From NCBI GenBank assembly GCA_026026165.1, contig JAPEUD010000009.1, positions 248,001 to 312,000 of the forward strand: DNA of 64,000 bases, written 5' to 3'. The notes under the pieces were generated by a model. That model was not told where the DNA came from. It searched no databases and saw nothing but the letters and a program-made list of their open reading frames with translations. Every line of letters begins with the position of its first letter. The stretch's first letter is position 1. Below, piece by piece: positions 52,123 to 64,000 of this stretch. This stretch comes from Sarea resinae. Lineage: Eukaryota. The translations under genes were made by a program, and so were the position numbers.

Positions 52123-53228
52123 ATGTCGTGGGCAGGTAAGTGGCTGTCTAGACGTTCATGAACCAGGCAAGCGCTGACGATCTGGTCCAGGTTTCAAGAA
52201 GAATGTCAATCGCGCGACGACGCAGGTGATGATGAAGACTGGTAGGCAGATAGCTGGAGCGAGAATGAAATGATCAATGAGCTGAGTGATGTCGTATAGG
52301 CCATGTCGAGAAGACGAATGATCGAGACTACGAGGTCGAAGAACGGTATGAGATTTCGAAGGTATATCAGCCGGGTGTTCAAGCCGCTTACTTCGATACA
52401 GGCGCTATCGCACCATGGAGAGTGCGGCGACGAAATTGCAGAAGGAAGCTAAGGGATATCTGGATTCATTACGAGGTTGGCTGATGTCCTTGGTAATTGT
52501 GATGATGTGGAACTAAGGATATACAGCTATGACGGCCTCACAGATGCGGATTGCTGAGACGATAGATGCATTTTATGGAGACGCAGGGGCTAGAGATGGC
52601 GTCAGTAGAAGCTATAAGCAGGCGGTGGAGGATTTGGATGCGGAGACTATTAAAGCTCTCGATGGGCCATATCGGTAAGTCTCATACTCTAGATCGAGGT
52701 TATCTGCTGAACAACCATCAAGATCGACGGTACTGGAGCCAATCTCAAGGTTCTGTGCCTACTTCCCGGACATCAATGAATGTATGTATCGGAGTCGTAA
52801 TATGCATGCTGAACTTCCACTGACCAATTCAAGGCATCAAAAAGCGCAACCATAAACTTCTTGACTACGACGCCATGCGCGCCAAAGTAAAGAGGCTAGT
52901 CGAGAAGCCAGACAAAGATGTAACGAAGCTCCCTCGCGCCGAGAAAGAGACGGAGATGGCCAAAGCCGCATACGAGCAGCTGAACGAGCAACTATTCACC
53001 GAGCTGCCCCAACTCATCGACTTAAGGGTGCCGTATCTCGATCCAAGCTTCGAGGCGCTCGTGAAGATTCAACTAAGGTTTTGCGCCGAGGCGTACTCTC
53101 GTATGGCACAGGTGCAGCAATATCTCGATGCTGATACCAGAGATCAGTACGCACAGGGACAGTTGGATACCCGCGTCGAGGAGGTTCTGCAGGAGATCAG
53201 GGACTTGAGCATCGCTGGGACGGTCTAA
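52123..53228 (+). CDS. RVS161: BAR-domain amphiphysin Rvs161/Hob3, 7 exons
   Basis: MSWAG|FKKNVNRATTQVMMKTG|HVEKTNDRDYEVEER..YLDSLR..KKRNHKLLDYD..ELPQLIDLRVPYLDPSFEALVKIQLRF. Confidence 0.96.
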
Positions 53229-53896
53229 TAGTGGATAATTGTCTCAAATATGGATAAAGGGATGAGACACAAGGGATGAGGGACGAGGGTAACGACGGTA
53301 GGAGAAGAGTTGCAAGAATCAGGCGTTGCTGAGCTGTTTCGTGCTTTGGTTCTCGTTTGGCGGTTCTTCACATCATATCGTTGTTTACTTTACAAGAGAC
53401 AATTAAAATATTCATGAAAGATGTATGACACTATTTCGACTGTGACTGTAATACGGGCAAGAGGGTAAATGATTTTGATAGAAATCTCGGTCCTAGGCGG
53501 AGATATCGCTTGTCGCAAACCTCTTGAGACCCTTCTACGGATCCGCTTGAATCCAACTCTCTACTAACCCAAACATTCAAATTCAGAGGATAATCTGCAC
53601 AGAAACTTACGCAGTAGCGTCAACATCAGCTAATTACAGGCAGCTTACACTTGTTTGGCTTCTGATTTTACACCTCTCCCGTCGGGCTTCAGCGTTTGAG
53701 CCTACTTCCACAGCTCTACCCAAACGACTAAATAGTAAATATCCGCGCACTCAACTCTGTTCACCTTGTTCTTTAGACAGCTGCCTTTAATCCTCCATCT
53801 TACTTCTATCACTCATCTTGCCCTTCCCGAAGAAGCGCCTCCTCTCCCTATCCCTCTCGCTCCGTCTCCCTCACACCTACTCTCTCACTCTACCCA

Positions 53897-54844
53897 ATGC
53901 CCCCCCCAATACCACCACCCACGCGCCTCCTCATCACCTCCCTAGGAAATCCGCCCCCTCTCTACGCCGACACCCTCCACTCAGCAGGCCACACCACGCT
54001 CTCCGCCCTCCGCGTCCTGCTCTCTTACCCCGAATTCACGCCGGCGCAATCCCTCGGCCTCGCGACGTCTCGGGCCGGCGGCGGATGGGCGAGCCGATCG
54101 ATTGGTGAGATTGGGGTGGGTTGGGGCGGGGGGTATAAGGGATATGGGTCTGGGGGGACGGGGGCAGATGATTGGACGTTGTACATGAGCGGGAGCCTCA
54201 TGAACACGTCGGGTCCGGCTGTGAAGGGGGTGTGGGAGAGATGGCGCCGGGCGGGTGAGAGAATGGCTCTTCAGGCACAGACACAGGCACAGAGAGAAAG
54301 TGGCGCCGGCACGGGGGGAGCTAGGATAAGGGAGAGGCTGGTGGTGTTGCATGATGAGCTTGAGGCACCTCTTGGCAAGGTCTCTGTGAGGAGGGGCGGG
54401 GTGGGCGCGAGGTGAGTCTTCGCTTTCCCTTTTCTCTCTTAGCAAATGTCTCTATCACATCACATCTACAATCTCAAACCCCCCTTGGTTATTCGTGGCT
54501 TTCTTTGGTATTAGTTGCTTCCATAGAACTAATCAACAATCCGGCTTTTGCTTCACAGAGGACACAACGGCATGCGCTCCATCCTCTCCGCCTTCAATTT
54601 CCCTCCCCCGTCTTCCTCACAAAATAACCCGCAGATCAAAAAACCAAGTCCCAAGTCCTCATCCTCGAGCAAAACGCCAGACCTCACACGCATATCAATT
54701 GGGATATCACGGCCCCCGACCCGGGACTCGGACGCGGTGGCTAGATACGTGCTGCGCAAGATGACGGGAGAGGAGAAAGCCGCCATCGAAGGCGCGGCGG
54801 TCGAGGTCCTGGGAGTGCTGAGGAGACTGTGCGACGAGGAATAA
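53897..54844 (+). CDS. PTH1: Peptidyl-tRNA hydrolase (Pth1 family), 2 exons
   Basis: LLITSLGNP..TLHSAGH..LMNTSG..LVVLHDELE..RGHNGMRS..RISIGISRP..VARYVL. Intron 54412-54558. Confidence 0.85.
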
Positions 54845-55629
54845 AAAAGGTTCTGCAGTGGGGTTTCCCCTTTTGGAGAAGGAAGGTTTTGGGTCTAGGT
54901 GGCTACCGTCCACCGACCCACCCGCTGTGAAGAGAATGAGCCCTGCAGCGTAAACAAAGGCTGAGACGATCGACGAAAAAAGTTTTAAAAACTCAGGCTT
55001 TGTTCACATAAGCATTCGAGTATCTGCCCTGATTACTGGATACTCCCTACGAATGGCAATGTATTATATACCAGCGTGTAATGCTACAGACATGTAAATA
55101 CCCTAGATTACCATGTAGCATCACCCAGTCCCATCGCTGTCAAACAGATATATGAAGGACCCTTAATCAGCATCTAATCGAGTCAATCGAGCCACAATCG
55201 TCCACGAGAATATACATCTTACCTTTGAATACGAATTGGGAGAGAGAGATAGACGACATGTAATACATGTATATACGACATCCATTGCCTCCTTATTCAG
55301 GCTATGGCTCTGAATGCGAAAATCCCTTATGCAGACAGAAAAGGCTATGTAATAGAAGCTCACAAGAAAAGAACTTAGGGAATCATCTTACAAAAAGAAC
55401 CGGTATCAAGAACGTGTGCGTCGTCGACAAAATGGCACAAGACGACATCCTTCGAAGGAATATTGAAACCCCCACGGAAAAAAAGGCGAGTACAACAAAG
55501 AAGAAAAACATTCTATCCTGCCGCCTGCCATGCTGCCTGCCTGCCTTCCCTGATCCCTCCAAATCCTAGCCAGACTAAAACCATCGGAATCATCTGACTG
55601 TATCGTACCCATAGATAAAAGGACTACCT

Positions 55630-57302
55630 TCACCTTGGCAACGCCACTGGCTTTGCTGGGGAATTCGGCGTATCCAGTCCCTCATCTTCGTCCGACATGA
55701 GACCCTCGAGCTCGAACTCCTCTGCCTCGCGCAAGGCGCGGACGTCTGAATTGGTGTGTGCATGGCCATTAGGACGGGAAGAAGAGGCTGCCGCCGAGCC
55801 GTTAGGGGTGGTAGCGACGCCCTTTTTGGCGACAGGCCATGCCTTGATCGTGTAGATGTGGAGGAGGATATTGACGACTGAAAAGGGGGAAGAGGGGCGA
55901 ATGGTTAGTAGATGGCAGAGCATGGATTGAAGCGAATAAGGGCCAAGAAGGATGGAAGGGTGTAAGCTTACAGAGGAAAACGAGGAAGGCCAAAGAGTAG
56001 TCTATTAGCAGCCACGAAACGTGCGTAACGTGGTGATCAGAGAGCACTTGCATTTGCTCTTCCGTGGCGCCCATGAAGAGGAAGCCGGAGGCGATGAGGA
56101 ACTGGTATAACGTTCAGTTTCGATCTGACTTCACATTCAAGAATGAACACTCACAAAGGGTGGAAGGTATTGGAAGCTGTTGGGATCGTGGCTGTCGATG
56201 TTCTTCGCGAAAGTGTTCCTGTCCCCCAGGATAAACGCAATCTCTATAATCCGCGTGAGACCCGCAGCCATCAATGTATATCCAAATACTGTGTGGATCA
56301 TTTCCGACAACGGCAGAGTCTGTGGATGTGCAGACATGCCATAGCCAGTGATAAAAATGATCATTCCGGGAATAGGATTTCTTCGTGGGCTTCCGTCTGT
56401 CCTCCTACTAAGCCAGATCCCAAGCAACCCGGCACACCACCAGACAATCCCCATGGTCGTATGCTGCAAATCATTGCGCACCCACGCCGTACCCCAGCGA
56501 TGCTCGGTGAACGTATTGACACATCCCCAGGCGGCGATGACGCACGAGTCGAAGAATTCCTGACTTTTCCCCGTCTTCCGCAACCACATTTGTCCGACAA
56601 GTAACATGATCGTCATGATGATGCCGTAGGCGATAAACGCACTGCCCATAATAAAGTGCGCCGCACATTGGCCCACATGATCGCCTCTGCAGAAACCCAG
56701 CGCCGTGATACCTCCGAATACCATCTGGGTCCAGCTGACGACCGGCATAATCTTCCCTAGAACCCCATGTCCCATAACCACAAATCTTCTAATCTTGCCG
56801 TGAATGCCTTTCTCCATGTGAAGCTTGAGGTAGATGCCGCAACCGACTTGAACGAGGAGCATTATCATCAAGCTGCTTGCAAACGCCGCATGAACGTTAC
56901 GATCAAACTGTCGGCCCTTGTGGGCGTGTCCCAGAACGTAGCCCAGGACCGCGAGCACTGTTCCGACTGTCTGAAGGGGGACATGCCATCGTGAACGGAC
57001 AATCTGGAGTTCCTATCAGCGCAATCGATTGGAGAAGTGTTGGCCAAACAGCATACACCGAGGACCATGCCTGTAGGAAAGATGATTCCGAAAGAGAACA
57101 TCTGAATTGCAATATGAATCCATAGTATCGTATCCTATGCCGGCATTAGCAACCAGACGAGATGATCGCCCAGACCGCTCACAATTGGATCTTTCGACAC
57201 TCCCTCTCCTTCCGGTATCTCGTCTGTGTGGTGTTCATGTCCTCTCACACTGGTCGCAAGATGCAGAAGCATCAACGGGATGACTAGTGCAGCCCGTGCC
57301 AT
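55630..57302 (-). CDS. YTP1: YTP1-like multi-pass membrane protein
   Basis: Signal peptide, HEHH, DTILWIHI..GIIFPTGMVLG..LGHAHKGRQF..GFCRGDHVGQCAAHFIMGSAF..QEFFDS..FTEHRWG..DLQHT..FQYLPPF. Confidence 0.85.
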
Positions 57303-57897
57303 TTTGCCAGAATATAAGAAGAGCTCGATACGGCGAGGTTGATCGCGACGCCAGACGGGCTCAGGGCGATGATCTGCACTGACACACTGACCCTACGGAT
57401 GAATAGAATATAAACTCATAGAAAATATAGACCGGCCAGGGAGATCACCGGCGTCATCAACAGTATGGCAGCGGCGATGTTTCGGTTTAAGAGTGTCGCG
57501 GAGCTTCCACTCACTCCACTCGCCGGAGACCGCTTACATAAGATAAGTTCTTCCATCTGGATCCGCCACCAAACTCTCGACTCGGCTGTACCGTATCCGG
57601 CGACAGGGACTGGGAGCTGCCAAATACCTAGGTAGGCAAGATATAGAGCCGAATTGGATATCCAATCTCAATGTATTTTCATGATTGAGTTGCATTTCAT
57701 TATTTAAGTTAAAGTCTATCGACTACGCTCATCGCTGAGCTATTATATCTATACATTTGTACTCCGGAGTATACCTTTTTGACCCCGTCCTCCAAATATG
57801 CCTTACGCCGAAGCATCCGAGATGTTTATATGCACCCTGCCCAACACCAGCCTTCCTTAATCATGTCTGAAGACAGAAGATTTGCGATGAGAAGGCA

Positions 57898-59818
57898 TCA
57901 AGGATAATCAACCAAGCTGAAAGTGCTGCCGATAGACGTACAATCATTAGTTACCCGCCACGCAGCCAGCCCTCGTCGGCCAACGACCCGTTTTATCGTA
58001 CTCCAGATACCGTCCTCTGCGAAATCCATATCATCCAGACTAAGATGCGACCTATATACCCAGACTTTCTCCATATGAAGACCATGTTCCTCCACTCTCC
58101 TTTGAGGGACTGGGTCCGCATATGAATCTAGGTACGTTGCAGATTCCGGGGCAATCAGATACGTTCCGTTGTGGCCATTTAGACTTCTGCAAGGCGCTAT
58201 TAACTTTAGCCGCTGTATCATCTGGTCAGATGGCATTCCCATCAGATCAGTTGTCGTCAACACCTCATTCTTTCCGTTCAAAAGCCAAATAGGGGGACTG
58301 TAAGTCTTCCACCATAAGGCCTGGGTGGCATCTTCCCGGCCCGCCAAGAACGCTTGGGTAGGGACAATCCCTCCTTGATGATAGGTACCCATTAGAACAC
58401 CGAAGACGACATTGAAGCCTATCCAGGACGCAATCCAAGCCCGCCGCTGCGTCCGAGGTAGCTGAATGGAGGAAAGGATAAGAGGAATGGCTGGAACTAA
58501 GAAACGCGCTTCTTGGTGCTGAAATAGCGATAAAACTAGAATCCCGGATACTGCGGAAACTAGTCGGAGTGAAAAGGTTGGACAGAATATAACGAGGATG
58601 TAGGCCGGCCCAAGAAGTTGGGGAAGGTTCGCGAGGATGTGTTGATAGTAAGGATGCAGGCCATGTTGAGCGAGGTTGGTTGTCTGGAGGTTGTAGAGAA
58701 GGTTGTTTAAAGGTGTAACGACAGGATGAGTGAGCAATGTGCTGAGAGTGAGAGATTCGCTGTAGAAGCTGGTGTCGACGACGATCGCAAGAACGACTGT
58801 AAGCACGGCAGTCAAAAGTACAGAGAGGAGAGAAAGTGGTCTAATCAAATAGTTTAGCTTTGAAAGCGAACAAGAATCGGCAACGCTCACTTGCGATAGA
58901 AGTGCGGTATCAAACGAAGGCCAGGTATGATGATAAATGCTGGAAATGTAATGCGGTTGAAAATGCCAAAAACCACTAGGAACGATAAGACGGCCGATGA
59001 AAGTAAACTGTCGCGCTGCTTGGACATTAGCCATGGACTCTTGACCGAATAAATGTCCACCTACCTTCTCATCAACAATGCGCTGGATCAGAACTAGACT
59101 CCAAGCGACGAGCAAGGTTTCCACGGAATTCGAAAAGGTATGGGTCTGATATGTCCAGGTAACATAGGAGGATGCTACCATAATGATGGCCAGACGGCGC
59201 TGGCGAGGCCAATTGACAAGTTCATGGATAGCCCAGTCCTCCAATACGAAGCTCAATATAAACATGAGAGTCCGCAATGTCCAGAAAACCAACGACGGCG
59301 CCACCTCTTCATTCGGAGTATTCCCGGAGCCAACCCAGCGTAACAACAGCATCGGCAGGCCATAAACGGTCCATAGTGGGAAGATGCTTCGGACCGGATG
59401 GGCCGACGTGAACTCCCACGTGAGATGGACGGGATAAGAGAATATCTGGCCTGTGAAGACATCAATTGTCAGCTTCCTTCGAACAGTCAACACTCGACAT
59501 GGCATGGGCAGAATGTGCCAGGTGCGAGGGAATTGAGGCGGTGAGCCGGCCAAACCCCAGCGCTTCGGCGGGTCCATGGTGCATCAATCATGCAGGAGAA
59601 GGAAGCGCTGGCTCGGCAGGTGCCGTGGGTCCAGAGAGATCACCGCCCTCTTCGCAAATTGAGAAGGGATACGATAACGCCAACTAATGGAAACGGGAGT
59701 TGAGCGTACCGGCTATGACTTCGGGCCCTTGAAAGTTCTCGTCGGGATGCAGATAGCTGGGCTGGAGAGCGAAGTAGAGCCTCACCAGGACCAGGAGCAG
59801 ATATGTGCGCCTCCACAT
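57898..59818 (-). CDS. SMP3: GPI mannosyltransferase 4 (Smp3/PIG-Z, GT22), 4 exons
   Basis: [27 protein letters not shown]|..[50 protein letters not shown]. The ORF track reads the short third exon in the wrong frame. Confidence 0.92.
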
Positions 59819-61050
59819 GGTTGCAATGCTCCGGTCGCTCACATCAAGGGCCAAATCTTCGCACGGGTGGCTGAGTGAAAGAGGAGGAAGCAGACGAAGA
59901 GTTGCGCATGGCTGGAAATCCAATATATCAAATCTCAAAGAGAGGCGAACGCGTTGGCAGACCGACACGACAATGCTATGTTTCCTGATGGCGCAACCTC
60001 ACGCCGTGGCCAGCAAAGGGGTTGCGTGGTTGTTGTAGAATGAGCGGTGGGAAATTGGGGGTGGAAGTACCCTCACTACTGTACGGCCGCGTAAGGGTAC
60101 ACCCGCCCGCTCGGGATGTTCCCCGTAATCCGCAAGAAAACAGGAAGGAAGTTCGTTTGTTATCGTGCGTTTGTCCGTGCACTTGGAAAAAGAAATATGA
60201 ATTCGAGATCTGTTGGGGCCCTTGGCATGATGATCTGGCCATTCGAGGAGCTTTGTAGGGAAAACCCTTCCAGTACTGTTCTATTTGATGGCTGCATCAG
60301 ACATGCTACGATCGACTCTTATATGGCCGTCCTTTATTGCCTCAAGTCTCGTTCCTCCCCCGGAGAGAATTCGGGCGTGCAGGGAGAAAAGGTGCATTCA
60401 CCCATCCTCGGAAAGGGAAAGGTCTAGACTCCAGACCCCAGACTCAGAGTCTTGTTGCAACATGATTCTGATCGCCCTTGCTTCCGTCCTCAAATACTTG
60501 TAGGTCGTCTGTCTCTGATGCCTCATATATCTAGAGAGGCACCTTGAGCGCTTGAAGTCTGAATAATCATATGGCCAAGTGAGAGCGGCCTTCGAGATGT
60601 TGATCCCTCCAGCGGGCATTTGAGCCATTGTCGATTGCAGGGAGCCCTAACCTCCATAGGTTAGCATCCTTCCCGAAGCGAGAAGTACCTCCTATCAGTA
60701 TGGCATCACAGCCAGAACCACAAGTACTTCCGTCCCAAAATGCGGGACACCTGGCCAGATACGGCAACTACACCAGATTCGGACCGCGACCGCATCAAAG
60801 GCAGCATTCACGCTTCACCTCTCTCTCTATTCATCACGTAGCACATCATCGTCCACCATCAACCATTTCTCCATTCTTCCTTTCCTCCTCGTGCACTTCA
60901 CCTTCGACACCTTCAACACCGCGTCTTCGTCGACTTTAACTTGGCTACGGACAATAATCTGGCGAAGCTCTTGATCTTGGCGATCAGCTCCATCACGGTT
61001 CAGTCCATCAGCGCTTAGACGTTCGTCATAGACAAACGACTATCGCCATC

Positions 61051-61822
61051 ATGTCGGCCACCAACATCACTCTCATGAGTTCGGACAATGTCGAAATCAC
61101 AGTTGGTGAGTCCAAAGCTCTTGTTGCGTGGCCTACGCTCCTCGAGGGTTACCATTTCCACTGCTACGGCTATCGAACGCAATCCTACCCGGGTCCTAGT
61201 CCTACTCTTACTCTATAGGGCAAGCTAATAAGTGCCCGCCTACAGAACGAGAGGTTGCCGAGCGGTCTATCTTGATCAAAAACATGCTTGAGGACGTCGG
61301 TGAGCAAGCCACGACTGAGACCATTCCGATCCCAAACGTACGTATCTCCCGCCGTCTGCCGTCTGCCTCCATATAAATACATCTACCTGACAAACACCGT
61401 TCCCACAGGTCAACGAGGCAGTCCTAAAGAAGGTCATCGAGTGGTGCATTCACCACAAGTCGGATCCTCCTGCTTCAAATGACGACGACTCGGACAGCCG
61501 CAAGAGGACTACGGATATCGACGAATGGGACCAAAAGTTCATGCAGGTAGACCAGGAAATGCTCTTCGAGATCATCTTGGCCGCCAACTACCTGGACATC
61601 AAGGCTCTCCTCGACGTTGGATGCAAGACCGTCGCAAACATGATCAAGGGCAAATCACCCGAGGAGATCCGTAAGACGTTTAACATCCAAAATGACTTCA
61701 CGCCTGAGGAAGAGGATCAGATCCGACGGGAGAATGAATGGGCCGAGGAGTAAGTCTACCGTGAAAATTGCCGGGCGCACAAACATATGTACTGACTCGC
61801 CCGATTGTTCTGCAGCCGTTAA
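61051..61822 (+). CDS. SKP1: SCF ubiquitin ligase subunit Skp1 (SconC), 4 exons
   Basis: [85 protein letters not shown]. Confidence 0.97.
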
Positions 61823-62682
61823 GAATTCCTTGCCTCTTCGTCCCTCGTAGATTTCTCTCTCTCGATTTTCCCCGCCACAACACCTTTCGCGGACCTCGCC
61901 TGTCCTCGTTCGGGTCTCCTTGTGCATACCTACGTCAGGTGCATTGATGGCTTTGGGTTGGGGTCCCTTCCCTCGGATGGTGTTTTCTTCCGTTGCTGGC
62001 TCGCTTACTCTCATGAATACTCTTCTCCTGGTAGGCTGTCTGGGCTGATGCTACCGCGACGCCGCCTCTGTCTTTCCTGTTGTTTATCGGCGTCTGCCGC
62101 CTTGATTGAGGGCATGCCCTGGTCCGGCTGATTGATCACGTGAGGCGGTGCTTAGGCAGCTGAATGTCCGGCCAATAGACTTTGAGGATGGCTTGTTGTG
62201 TCTCTTCGGACGCCCATGCCTCTGCCTCTCTTGACCTCTTTCTTTCTTTTGTGCCCTCTACTCTAGGTCACTTGACGAGATGAATCAAAGCTATGTTACT
62301 GTCCCGGCCACGTACTTGCTCTTCGATTACCGAGCGAGAGGCGGTGCGGCAGAGAACGGAAGGCACCAGCGAGGTTGTATCGACATGGCTATACATGACT
62401 CTCTTTAAGCAGCAACAAATGAATCAAAAAAAATTTGAAAATTCGGAACCGTTGAGATCATGGCTGTCGCTTTCTCACAGGCGCGGTGTGGATTTTGGTG
62501 CAACAATACACTGGAAAAATGCCTCCGTCTGGGGGTCGAGTCACCCTCGCAGGGCATTGCGCTATACAAAAGTATCCGTAACGTATTCAATAACCATCAT
62601 AATGTAGCGATTATGACCTATTTATTATCACATCCATTCATCGATGATATCATGAAGATGAATCGTGCGGGTATGAGAATTG

Positions 62683-62714
62683 GTATTTCTTTTAGGAGTA
62701 TTTCTTTTAGGAGT
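62683..62714. repeat. 15-bp perfect tandem duplication in the convergent SKP1/UGA1 interval
   Basis: GTATTTCTTTTAGGA x2, then GT. Confidence 0.85.
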
Positions 62715-62886
62715 TATTTTGGAGGGCATTCTGATACTGGGGATAAATGAACAGGATTGGAGGTATACATCACGAATCATAAAAGCCGAGAGCCTACTTC
62801 TCAACGGAAAACATCGCGCACAGGCAGAACAGCCAGGGGAAATCCAAAGGGAAAAAGAATGGATGCGGGGAGGAGACCTGAGTAAA

Positions 62887-64000
62887 TCAAGACTTGAAGA
62901 TCTTCTCAATGGCGTCGAGGAGAATGTCGGCTATTCATCATCATCATCATCAGCACATCATGCCCTTTGAAACAAGGCAGTGACAGAGATTCTTACCATG
63001 GTGTTTCTGGAAGATCAGCATGGGCCGCAACCGAATAGCCCTCTCACCACTGCCGCCGATGTTGACACCAACGGTCTTGGCCTTCTTCAAAAACTCATCC
63101 CGGCGCGGCGAATCCCATGCAATAAATGTCCCCTGGCCCTTGCCGCGCAGGTTCTGGATCTCCTCGGGGTAGGACTTGGAGAGACGGTCGAGGCCAGCAT
63201 AGAGGTACTTTCCGACCTCGGCAGTGTTCTCGACGAGGTTGAGGCGCTCAATCTCGCGCACGATGGCGCGGAAGAGGATGGCGCGCGCTGGGTCGCCCAT
63301 CCAGGTGTTGAATTGGCGGTAGGGCTTGTTGGGGCGGAGGTCAGGATTGCCGTAGTAGTAGCCGGCAGTCTGGGCCTTCTTGGAGAAGGTGACCATATCT
63401 GGGGGGGAGGTGAGGTTCCAGTGCTCGTGGGCCCAGAACTTGCCCGTGGCGCCAATGCCGGTCTGGACCTCATCGACGATGAAGAGGATGTCGTGCTTTT
63501 TTGTGATGTCGCGGAGGCCCTGGAAGAATGCTGGAGAGGCGTGGTTGTCGCCACCTTCGGATTGGATGGGCTCAACGATGATAGCGGCCGGAGGTTGGGG
63601 CCAAGTGGTGATGAGACGTTCGGTCTCTGCAAGGCAGCATTGCTCCTCCTCGGTGTTCTCCTTGACATGGTCCTCAAGTGGGTACTTCAGGGCTGGGAAA
63701 GGAGCCTGAGGCCAGTCGAAAGCGGGGATGTCGAGTTTGTGGATGGGCTTGCTGCGTGTCGTGCTCAGGCTTCCGAACAGACGGCCGTGGAAGGCGCGGC
63801 GGAAGGAAAGAATGGAGAGTTGGGGAGACCCGGGGGACTGGTTGTTCATGACGGATGATAGTTCTTCGGCAGAGAATTCGGCATTGGCACCGCCACGTTT
63901 TTGTTGCTGTTTCCACATGAAGGCTGCCTTGTAGGCGGTCTCGTTGGCGTCGGAGCCAGCCATGGCGGTGAAGACCTGATTGAGACCCTTGGGAGCCACG
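62887..64000 (-). CDS. UGA1: 4-aminobutyrate aminotransferase, 3' part (5' end outside the window)
   Basis: GSDANETAYK..FHGRLFGSLSTTRSKPIHKLDIPAFDWP..VEPIQSEGGD..DEVQTG..FSKK..FNTWMGDP..RLRPMLIF..|ADILLDAIEKIFKS*. Confidence 0.95.

Noticed and set aside
2536..59818. Two GPI-pathway genes (PBN1, SMP3) and three ubiquitin/SUMO genes as functional clusters
   Set aside because: Tens of kb apart and interspersed with unrelated housekeeping genes.

Overview
Gene-dense window from an intron-rich filamentous ascomycete (Pezizomycotina-type GT..CTRAC..AG introns). It holds about 24 mostly housekeeping genes and one intron-containing tRNA-Arg(CCT). The recognisable genes are SARAF-like, PBN1/PIG-X, AOS1, PEX3, ATG101, YOP1, an RFX factor, TIF6, RAD23, SWI5/SAE3, an ABCB/MDR transporter, RPL39, BET5, a CaMKK, a HAL4/SAT4-type kinase, RVS161, PTH1, YTP1, SMP3/PIG-Z, SKP1 and the 3' part of a GABA transaminase; three more are uncharacterised. 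I see no transposon, CRISPR array, rRNA or secondary-metabolite cluster. The most unusual signals are: (1) a family of promoter-restricted palindromes (TACTCCGGAGTA, four exact copies, plus relatives) lying in GTAC-dense patches; (2) strongly base-paired introns in SMP3 and RAD23; (3) an unnamed nuclear protein with AT-hook-like motifs and a Mad1-like Sin3-interaction motif; (4) several non-YAG and NAGNAG splice acceptors and micro-exons. All gene models were built by eye and no database searches were run.
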